A stretch of 64,000 nt of DNA from Vicugna vicugna (lineage: Eukaryota): assembly GCA_013265495.1 (NCBI GenBank), contig MU058198.1, forward strand, positions 4,727,779-4,791,778, in the 5' to 3' direction. The notes below the pieces were generated by a model. The model was given only the letters and a program-made list of their open reading frames with translations, did no database searches and was not told the DNA's origin. The position numbers and the translations under genes are program-made. Shown here one piece after another: positions 52,550 to 64,000 of this stretch (within the stretch, counting starts at the first letter, position 1; each line of letters starts with the position of its first letter).

Positions 52550-53950
52550 AAGAGTAGAAGGAACCAGACAACTGCCTAAGTGGGAAATCTACAAAGCTCC
52601 CTTAAAACCCTCTGTTCCCCATCAGTTCTGGGGCCTGACAATTTACCAGTGGGGCTCCATTCTTTGAAGAGTCTTTTACTAAAGTGTGACTATTTGGGGA
52701 CAAAAGGGAGAAGGAATTCTTGAGAATTGCCTCATTAGCATCCTCCAGGCAAGTAACACAAATGTAGGGGGGCAATCTGGGTGTCCCAGGGAGAACAGGG
52801 CACACATGCACCACCTCAAGGGGGCTTCTCTGCTGTCACCGAGGGGCCCAAAGGTGCTGGATCTACTATTTCAACAGAAACCTCATCTCCAGATTTTTTT
52901 GGTGGAGCGCTCTTAATGTTTAAATATTGCAACTTGTTTAAATTTCTTCATATCCCTGTGTTGGCCATATTCGGCTTTGTTAGTCACCAGCTTGCCACCT
53001 CTGGGGTAACTTTTAACACCATTTTATCAAAACCTTTCCAAATTTGAAAGCACATCTTTCGTAAAACTAGACACTGAGCAAGCTCATTTGGATTGCTGGG
53101 AGGGTGGGAAGAGAAGTTCTGGCGGCTAGGCCCAGACTACATGGAGGCCCACATGCTGAGTATCCTGGTGGCTGGACCTTGAAGGGGAGATGGGTCAAGG
53201 CAGTGGCCACATTTGATGCAACTGGGGCCTCCGGGCTGACCACCCAAGCTGGGCTTAGGGCAGGAGGAAGAATGGGCCAGGCTTGTGGTTTCTCTTAGCT
53301 CTAGTCGGCCCCTTCCCATTAACATTACAGTAATGCCGTCGTGTGGTGTTAGAAAAAGCATCCCTAGTTACACGGCATGATTTACAGGACACCAGACTCT
53401 GCATTTCAGAGGTCTCCAGTGTACCATAAAAAATATATTATAAAGGAATAATCTTTATCTGAACTAGAGCTGCAGTGAAGGAAACCCGTGTCCAGCTGAG
53501 AGCAGCAGTGAGCTTTTGTTCACTCAGGGAAAAGTCCGTGTTCTTCATCTTATTTGATTAACATTTTCCCCCTCTCTTTGACACTAGGTATCTAGTTAAT
53601 ATTTAGACATTATATACATTTTCTTTCAACTGTTTTTCCTATTATGTGATCAAACAAAACCACAGATGCCAACCACACCAGCCTGCCAGGTGAAAACAGA
53701 CTCGCCGAGCACCCAGCTGTGGCTGGGAGGGTAAAGGGGACTCCGTGAGCCAGCCCCAGGGAGATACTGGCCGCGGGTGTGTGCAGGGCCAGCCCTTGTC
53801 TTCCGGAAGCAGAGTTCGCTGGAGTGGCTCAGTTGACTGTTCTGCCTCTGCCTCTGCCTCCCACTGCAGCCTCCCATTTCCCCTGCCTCCAGGAAGCAGA
53901 GTCTAGCTTTGCATCTTCCAAAGCCTAATGATGTTTACCATTCCGCCGCT

Positions 53951-53988
53951 CCCCCCACCCCGGGGGGTGGGGAGGGAGGGGAGGGAGG
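53951..53988 (+). promoter_or_regulatory. Predicted G-quadruplex motif upstream of the CpG island
   Basis: G6-T-G4-A-G3-A-G4-A-G3 at 53962-53985 (five G-tracts, 1-nt loops), preceded by a complementary C-tract. Confidence 0.6.
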
Positions 53989-54492
53989 AAAATCTGCAAA
54001 GAAAATACACTTTTTTCTTTTTTTAAATTCAATGAAGCGACGAACAGACACCCTCCAACCCAACTTGTCTATTCTTATTTGGAGCGATGATGGTCTCAGT
54101 CTATTTTAGTCCAGGGAAATCTAACTCCTTTAGTGGCAGTGCCCCCAAGGGGCGCAGGTGTATCTGTAGTTAAGGCTGTAGACGCGGGGACGACCTGATC
54201 TTCTGGCGCAGAAAGCACAGTCAGCCCGTGGCGGGACAGAGGAAGAAGCTCCGGGGGTAGGGAAACCCGGGATTTGTGTCAAAACTCCAGCCGTCAGGAG
54301 CTTCAAGATAAGATGGGGAGGCTGAAAAGATGGAAGTTGGGACGAGAATGCTGTTAAGGAGGAAAAAAAAAAAAACACGTCTGGGCCAAAGGCAGGAGGA
54401 TATCCAGGGTGAGAGAAGGGAGAGTCTCGGGTGGGCCGAGTTGGTCTGGACTCCCAGGGGAAAAGGAGCAGCGAGAGCTCGCTATCCTGTGA

Positions 54493-55917
<1,425 letters not shown>

Positions 55918-56845
55918 TAGGACCCTGGGCTTGGCGGATGGGGTACGCGCGTGGGGCAGACCCGGACGGGAAGCCGCCGCTTCCCCTGCCCGTGGGGATT
56001 CGGGCAGCGTCCCGAGAGCCCAGAGCCCCGCGAGGGCTCTGCCAACCCTGGCGAGGGGGACCGGCAGAGAGGGCTGGAGACTAGCCAGGGATCACTTTAT
56101 TTTAAGGGCGTGGAGAGAGTTGTCCCCTGCTCTGCCCGCCTCAGGCTCCTCGTCCAGGGAGCTGCTCTCTCAATCTGCCTCGTTCCAAGCCTGGGAATCC
56201 CCAGCCCTCGCGCCCGCGGGGTGTTTCCTAACCCAGGCTCTTGCGGGGCCGTGCGCTTCTGTGTTGGGGACGCCAGAGGAATGGAGCAGGATAGGCAGAT
56301 TGGCAAAGGGGCTTTGGGTTGCCCTGGAATCTCTCAAAATCACCCTCAAATGCATTTGCGTGGCTGGAATCCAACTTCGGTATTTTCAGTTTAGAGCATA
56401 ATGAACAGGGAACAGTTAAAAAGATGATGCTGGCGAGCTGTGGCTTTCTAGTAAAGACAGGTTTTCCCCCATCTCCAGGACTTTCTGTCTCTCTTGCGCT
56501 GCGTGAACGCTGGGTCACTTTGCATCAGGAGCATCCGTGTCTACATGACAGTTGATGCCTTAAGAGTTTTTTTGCTCTGTACTCGTGCCCTTTATAACCC
56601 GCGCCTCCTTCGCAACAGATTGGAGCTTATGTCTAGCGAGATGTTTGTTCATCTCTCTCCTTTTCCGCCGTCTGCCAGCGGTGAGAGGAAGGGAGAAGAG
56701 AGGAGTGATAAGTTAAATGCAGGTAAAATAAATGAATAATCTGGCTTTGTTGCCAGCCATTAACAAGTAAACAACACAGGTGCAGATGCCCAAATGCAGA
56801 CCTTCTTTGCCCCCCGCCCCCATTTCCCTCTCTCCTCCTCCTCTC

Positions 56846-56846
<1 letters not shown>

Positions 56847-56917
<71 letters not shown>

Positions 56918-56918
56918 T
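56847..56918. repeat. (CTTT)n microsatellite
   Basis: About 18 perfect CTTT units in intron 1. Confidence 0.97.
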
Positions 56919-57534
56919 TTTTCTTAATTTCTCTGGAAAACAAATCTGGATGGCTGGCCCCATCTCGGCTGCATCTCAGTAATTAATTGCAGTTGTCAAG
57001 CAGAAACACAGGCTTTGTCAGTTAAAGTGATGTTATCATCTTAACAGAGCCAATAGGGAAAATAAGGATTGTTCCCTGACAAGTCACCTTCCTGTGGAAG
57101 AGATGTGCTATCTAAGTTAAACTACAGCCTGGGAAAGTTTTAGAAGTGACTGAACTTTGGAAATATGTGGTAAATGTGTGTATGGTGATTGATTTCTCCC
57201 CCTTTGAAAAACATGCCTGATGCCTTCAAAGCTTGAGAGAAGTACACTTTGGCATCAACATTCCAGCACATTAAACTGAAACAGCAAATGTGTCTGTACA
57301 TGCCTTGTCTGTTTCAACAGAGAACTAATTGCAATATTTTAGGAGACTTCAAACAGCCCCTTCCTATCAAAACTTAAAGCAGCAAATGCCTAATTTAACT
57401 GGAAAATCAGTATTTATAACATCACAAGCCATGGCTTCCAGTTTGCAATTATAATTAAAAAGATGTTAGGATGATTAAAGCAACAACAGCAAAATAGAAA
57501 AGGGGGTATAATGTCTGGGAAGGGGGTATAATGT

Positions 57535-57568
57535 CTTCCTGCCCATATACTGTGTATTCCGTCTGGAA
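57535..57568 (+). repeat. 34-bp exact direct repeat, copy A (copy B at 58530-58563)
   Basis: CTTCCTGCCCATATACTGTGTATTCCGTCTGGAA is identical at both positions. Confidence 0.95.
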
Positions 57569-59729
57569 GGTGTCAGTTGTTTAGTTTTTGGTTGTAGGAA
57601 TGTTCTGGTTTTTGCTGTGGGGTAGCTGTGGTCCTCTGAGGGTGACGGTGGCTTTTTCCAATTCTAAATTTTAAAGCTCGGTATCTTGTGAGAAGTGTCA
57701 AGCGCCCTTTGGGGGAAAGGGAGGCATAAAGGTCCAATCTTTCCAACATGTGTTTGGGTTGCTTTGTGGCAGCTGGAAATGGAGAAGGGGGTGTTTTATC
57801 CAGATGACTTAAAATAAAGTTGATGAAGCGTGCGTGGTGGGTGGAACGTGTGTCAGGAAGCCCTATCATGGGGTCTGAAGAATCCTCTGAATGAAAGGAT
57901 AGATTTTATCCTGCAGCTGGGAAAAGAAGGCATGTAAACTGCCTCACTGTCACGACGTGGCTGTTGAAGATATGATTCGAGCATGGTGGTACTCTCAGCC
58001 ATCACTTGTGGTATTTGGGGCTTCGTGTCCCATAGGACTAAGGGATGTAGATAGAACTTGTTCCCTGGATCCTCACTGAAGAGGACCATGTGATATCTCT
58101 GTATCCTCTATCCCCTGCCCCAGCATCAGACCTATGGTAGATCCTTATTGTGTTTCATGGTGTTGATTGGAGTTGCTGGAGGAGGATCTGTCTAACATAG
58201 AGGAATCATTTTCCACCCAACCCTGGTTGTCGAGAAGACTCCTGGAAACTCTTTAGATCCTAGGAGAGCTCTCCAGCCTTAATAGGAATAGCAGTGCTTT
58301 GAGGGCACTTTTAAGGTTTCCATCAGCTCTGTCTCTTTAGGCTCCTCTCCCTCTCTCTCTCTGTCTCTGTGTCTCTGTCTGTCTCTCACCCATGTGGGAG
58401 GCAGGGATAGCATCATCAGTATATTGTGGAAGGAAAGCAGTGGCATTGATTCAAACCAGAAACAGAAACCTTTCTCTTGGTTCCCTGGTCCCAGTCTTTT
58501 AAATGGTGGCATCTGGACCTGAACTTCGACTTCCTGCCCATATACTGTGTATTCCGTCTGGAATCTTACTCTACTCTTTGCCTGATTAGAGATTCACAGG
58601 GTCATTAAAGTTTGGATCCTCTCCCGCATTTATTTGTTTTGTTTTTCTTTTTTCTGTTCAGAGTCCTTCCCAATAGCCCACTGATTCTGCAAGCGTTTGA
58701 TGGTTGTGTTTCCAGCAGGAAGGAAAGCCAGGAGAAATGGGGGCTGCTTTCCGCGAAGCTCGTCTGTGGATTTCCTCATATTTAGCTAAGCAGCCCCAGT
58801 TTTATTGCCTCTGTGTCACTCCTGTTACGTCTAAATCTGTGCTTTGTTTTGCTCTGGCCTATGCTGTTGATCTAATGTGATTAAAAACACATTTGAGATT
58901 AGAGCATATGCATCAGATTTGCAGGACAGGATACACTGATGGATTAGGATGGGTGTGTTAAAGCTTTGCAACAGCAGGCCTCACTTGGTGGATTGACACA
59001 AGCCAGTGATTAACAAGTGGGGGTAGATTAAACCCTCCGCTCCTCCCCACCGAAAAATGGGCAAGGCCACAATGTACCTTTCAGTGTGAGCTGATAGGCG
59101 CTGTCTGGGCAGGGACCTTAAACTCCTCTAAGGGGTGGGACCTTGTGGCAGGCCAAGTGTCTCCCATGGCAGAACTCATCAAAGTGACGGAGATGACATG
59201 AGCTGTGGTCTCCCTCGTGGGTTACAGACTTACAGTGACTGTGACCACTTGGCTTTGGAAGCCACTCGGCTACAGGGCGATGGGCAGCGACCTTCCATGG
59301 TTTCAAGTTGTCTTCACTGCCAGTGGTTACTCCTTGAGTCCAATTGGCTGGAGGGAAATAGCTCGGGAAACGGGGTCAGCAGTCCTGCTCACGCTACCCA
59401 GTGGAGAGTGATCAGCAGCATCCTTCGGACGCAGTGTCTGGGGAGAGAAGGAAGGAGGGCGGCTTAAGGCACCAGCTTATATTGAACACCTGTTATCGTT
59501 GGCGCTTTATAGACGTATTACCATATCTGGGTGACAGGATGAGGCTGTGCGCCAAAGAGCAGCATCTCTGCTTTACATGAAGCTCCCAGGGGTGGAAAAC
59601 GACTTGCTTGAGCAACTTGAGGCTGCTCTGCTGGTCAGTGGTTGAGCTGAGATTTGCAGCCACATCTGTCCAAAGTGTGATTTCTTCCCTGGTCCCAACG
59701 CTACCACACACAGAATGCTAGCAAGGACT

Positions 59730-60180
59730 TCTCCTTCCTCCCTTCGCTCATTCAGCAGACATTTAATGATGCCCACCATGTGCCCGGTAGTGTTTTAGGT
59801 ACTGGGGATAAAGTAGTAAACAAGACACAAGAAGTACTTGTTCTCCTGGAACTGACATGTTAGTGGCGGGTGGAGGTGGCGGGGGCTAGGGGAGACAGCA
59901 AACAGACACATCTTTTATGTACTTTTTAAAATGTGGCTACTAGAAAAATTTAAATTAACGCTTGTGACTCCTGTTTATTTTCACTGTGTAGCGCTCCAGT
60001 AGAGTACTGCTTCTTAAACTTTAAATGCACATGAATTTCTGGGGATGTTGTTAATGTGTACATTCTGATTCAGAAGATCTGAGGAGGGACCTGAGAGTCT
60101 GCATTTCTAATTTCCAAGGTGATACTGATGCTGCTGATTCTTGGACCTGCCTCTAAGTAGCAGGGGCCTGGAAAATAATT

Positions 60181-60216
<36 letters not shown>

Positions 60217-60590
60217 CGTGCTCATGCACGCATGTGCATGTGTTATTTTAAATCAAATGATTAGGGAAAACCAAACGTGGAGGTGGTATAGGTGAAATGA
60301 AAGAGTGAGATCCTCCATGTGAAGATCTGGGTGGAGAGATTTTAAAGCAGAGCAAACAACAGGTACAAAGGCCCTGTGGTAGAAACAAGCCTCACGGCTT
60401 TACAAAGTATTCTTTAATTATTCCAAAAGCATGATGTTTGTAGCTGGACAAACCTGGCTTTGCAACTTACTAGTCATGTGATCTTGGTTGGATAACTGAT
60501 TCAACATCACTCAGCTTCACTTTGTTTATCTGAGTAATTTCTTTCACGTTGGATTGTTGGGAGGAATAAATGAACTAATGAAAGTGAATA
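59730..60590. mobile_element. Cluster of L2, MER5A-like (~60005-60165) and MIR fragments
   Basis: 'cattcagcagacatttaatgatgcccaccatgtgcc' (L2); 'attctgattcagaagatctg..cctgagagtctgcatttctaa' (MER5A); 'acttactagtcatgtgatcttgg' (MIR). Confidence 0.75.
60181..60243. repeat. Compound (TG)n/(CG)n microsatellite
   Basis: (tg)10 cgcgcg (tg)5...; alternating purine-pyrimidine. Confidence 0.93.
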
Positions 60591-60783
60591 TATTTTCTAA
60601 ACAAACAATGAGTAGCCAAGAGCAAGAATCCAAAGGAATCCAACTACTGGGCTTTGGTCTCATATGCTTTAACCTTCTATCGCAGCTGTCATAATATTGA
60701 CTGGAGTCTCTTATTGGGGATGTTTTTGGGAAAAGCCTAATAATGATTGGCTTTGCAATCTACATCTGCTTAACCTTTGAAAC

Positions 60784-61126
60784 CAAGGGTCACCAACTCA
60801 GATGCCATCAGGGCTCATATGGATAATATAAATAAGTGAAAAAGACTAGGTGGGGAGAAACTGGGGCTCGTTCGTCCTGTCCAAAGGGATGACCCCTACT
60901 ATGTTCCAGCGACCCTTTTCCATGTGCAGATGTAGCGTCAGGGTGACCAGGTTTTCCACTTGGTAAGAGAAACTGGAAGTCTAGGTTTTCATGTGAAGTA
61001 GCCTGGTTTTTAATGTTGGCAACAGACTGAAATTTTTTAAGAGCGCGCTGTAGGCCAGCACTGCGGGACAAGCAAAACACATCTGTGGACTGGATACAGC
61101 CAGCTGGCTACTGGTTTGCGACCTTT
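60784..61126 (+). mobile_element. MER102-like hAT element
   Basis: 'caagggtcaccaactcagatgcc..tttttaatgttggcaac..aaaacacatctgtggactggat..ggtttgcgacc'. Confidence 0.75.
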
Positions 61127-64000
61127 CAGAAAGTAACTGGCCAACCCATACCCTTTGCAGTTGCCAAAATTGCAGCTTACATGTGCTATTTTAGTTTAGA
61201 CTTTTTCCCCCCTTTACCGATTTTGTTAACAGCATGGGGGAGATACCTCCCAGATATATTGCAACAACCACAGGGGGAGCTGGATATAAACAAGAACATG
61301 GAAACAAAATAGACAATCCACAAGTAAATTTCCCTTTTGTTCCCAATGAACGTTTTCTTGAAGGCGGGAAAATTCTCAGTGGTTCGCTTTTTAATCAGGA
61401 GCGCCGGAATTTGATCTGTATCAGTCAATTGCACTTATAAAATAGATTCTGGTCACGTGAACTAAGTCCTGAGAGTCAGAAAATTGGGTTCTAGGTTTTT
61501 CTTTACCATATACTAGTTCAGTTGGATGTCGAGTTTCTTAATAACTTCTTTCTTTCTTCCTTCCTTCCTTCCTTTCTAATCTATTTCTTACATGATGAGA
61601 TTATATTGTCTCCATAGGGTCTATTCACCCACTAAACTACTTTAATTCTAGAGCAGATGTCTGTATTGGATTCTTCAGAGGGAGGAAGCTAACTGAGTAG
61701 CAGCAATGTAGTTCGGAGCACGTGGCTATATCCCTGAACCAGAATCCACCACATCCTCGTTGTGTGACCTTGGACAAATTACTCAACGTCATCAAGCCTC
61801 AATTTCTTTATCTGCAGAATGGGCTCAATAGTGTTGACTTCCAAGGGATTATGTGAGGATGAAATGAAATGACATTCAAAGGGCCCCACACAGAGTTTGT
61901 GACACAGTCCATGTCCCTCTCCCCTTTGTCTCTCTCTCTCTGCCTTTTTTTTCTTTGTCTCCTTGCTTTTCTTTGTCATTTTCTTTCCATTCCTTCCTTT
62001 CATCCTGCCTGTCAGTACAGAAGACCCTAAAGAGAACGCTGTAATGCGTTTTTCATTTGAATATAGCCTTTTATTTCAAGATTATGTCTGAATGAGGGAT
62101 TTCAAACCCTGAAGCAGCTCTTAAGCAGCTCTCCAGAGAATAATCAAAACCAGATCCCAGAATTTGGTCTATTGTAACTTGAATTGAAGGAGAGGAGTCT
62201 GATTTCAGGAAGTAAGAGCAGCTGGAATGCTCCCTGAAGGGGATGGGGTAGGGAAGTGGCCAGGCTCTCTGGGCTGGCCTGCTGACGTTTGCTTGAGCCT
62301 GCAGTAGGAACTGATGCCGCTTGCCTGGATGGGTGCAGGGGCATTTGGGATGCCAAGGGCACGCCTGCCTTCCGTTTTTCGGCAGAGCTGAAAGCGTCTG
62401 AGAACGCGGGATGCTTCAAGAAGACCCCGTGAAACTCCCTGCCTTGGGATTTGGTGGCTTTCCCTGGGGACTTCTCCAGCCATCATGATCTGACTTATTT
62501 CTTCTTCTTTTTCTTTTTGTAAATCGTGCCAGGCATTTTTACTTTTAAATGGAATCAGGACAGAGGGCTCGAGACTTCGGGTAAATGGGGGATTGCTAGG
62601 GCTGTACACTAGAAAGTTTTAAAGGTTTTGGTTTTGCATAATGGATGGTATCCCTGGAACTGATTGAACCACCACCCTGTTAAAATAATCTCTTGATTCC
62701 ATTGATTTCTGCGGTTTAACAAGCTCCTGTATAACTGTCTTGGGAATTTCAATCTGAAATTATAATTCACTAAGGGAGCCTTTCAGCCTATCTTACCATT
62801 AGTTAAAAGCAGACAGTTGATTTTTTTTTTTTAGCACTCACTAGTTAGGATTGCCTTCCTTTAAAAAACTTTTTTTCAACCTTTATTTACAAATGTATAA
62901 AGCACACATACAGGAAAGCAAAGCAACACATAAATAAGGCAGTATTGTTTTGATTGTAAATGACAGACATTGAATTTAAACTGTTACAAACCTAGAAGGG
63001 TGATTATTGGCTTATATACTTTGGAAATCTTCAGATTAACGGCTTCAGGAAAAGCTGAATCCAGGGGTGCAAATGATGCCACTAAGTCTTTGTCTCTTTC
63101 CATTCTTTGCCTTGTTTGTTTCTACCTTGCTTCGTCCTCAGATAGGCTGTCTCATGACATTTTAGGCAAGATGGTAGGCAGCAAGTCTAGACAAGCATGT
63201 TTTATGATCATCAATTATTTGGACAACATTTTTCAGACAGAATTTTTCTTAAGAGCATCTGTCAGAAATTCCTGGAGATGCCTTTGGCCCAGGTTGGGTC
63301 ATGTGTCCATTCCTAAAGCAGTCATTGTGCAGCAGTCCAGTCAGGCCTGGGGGATATAGCTACCCCTGTGGCTTGGGTGGGGGTGGGAGTAGGGAAGTAA
63401 GGTTATTCTCACTGCAGCCATAGGGATAGTTTCTCCATAAAGAATGAGGTGTTCAAACATCCTACTGATACGAAGTAGAGACCAGTTAAACCACAAGTTC
63501 ATTAAACATATGAAGATCCACTCTGGGACAGGCATGTGATCTCTTGGACTATTTTAAGCTGGGAAGAGGTACAGAGGGTTTGGGGAGGTTCAGTGCGCTT
63601 GTTATTTTAGTTATTCATTTATTTATTCATCAAACATGTCTTGATTGTCAACTTTGTGTCAAAACATGAGACAGTCATGGCCAGTGATCTGAAAGAGCTC
63701 ATAGGGTGGAGAAATGGACGCATAAGTGATTATATTACAAGATAGTGAAAGTGCCGATAAAGTGCAGTTTATTCTAGGAATGGAAGGATGGTTTGATCTT
63801 TGGAAATCTAATAATGTAATTTACTCTTAATATGGATGAAAGAGAAAAGTCCTGTGAATGCTAAAAAGTCTGATAAAATTAAATATTTATTCCTGATTTT
63901 TAGAATACTTGCTAATAAAATAGGATTATACCCAAAGCCAGCATCATATTAAATGGGGTTAACACTGGAAATAGTCCCATTAAATCCAGAACAAGACCAG

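Noticed and set aside
56713..56986. KERK and SFFL repeat ORFs
   Set aside because: Translations of the (CTTT)n microsatellite.

Overview
Mammalian genomic DNA, most likely a camelid: two tRNA-derived SINEs resemble the camelid vic-1 family, recognised from memory. About 54 kb of gene-poor, transposon-rich upstream sequence (L1, L2, MIR, MaLR/ERVL/ERV1 LTRs, hAT DNA transposons, microsatellites) is followed by a CpG island. The island holds the promoter and coding exon 1 of HS3ST4 (heparan sulfate glucosamine 3-O-sulfotransferase 4; CDS 55186-55916, + strand, phase-2 GT donor at 55917), followed by about 8 kb of intron 1. No other protein-coding gene, RNA gene or CRISPR array is supported; the other ORFs are repeat-derived, GC-driven or chance. 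I found no clearly new biological system. The most notable items are a 34-bp templated insertion with a local duplication in intron 1, a near-perfect ~730-bp tandem duplication, a cryptic 17-bp minisatellite, upstream ATGs including a long overlapping out-of-frame ORF at HS3ST4, and a near-consensus SOX-OCT composite site. Repeat family names come from recognition, not a database search. Boundaries of old repeats are approximate unless a TSD is quoted.
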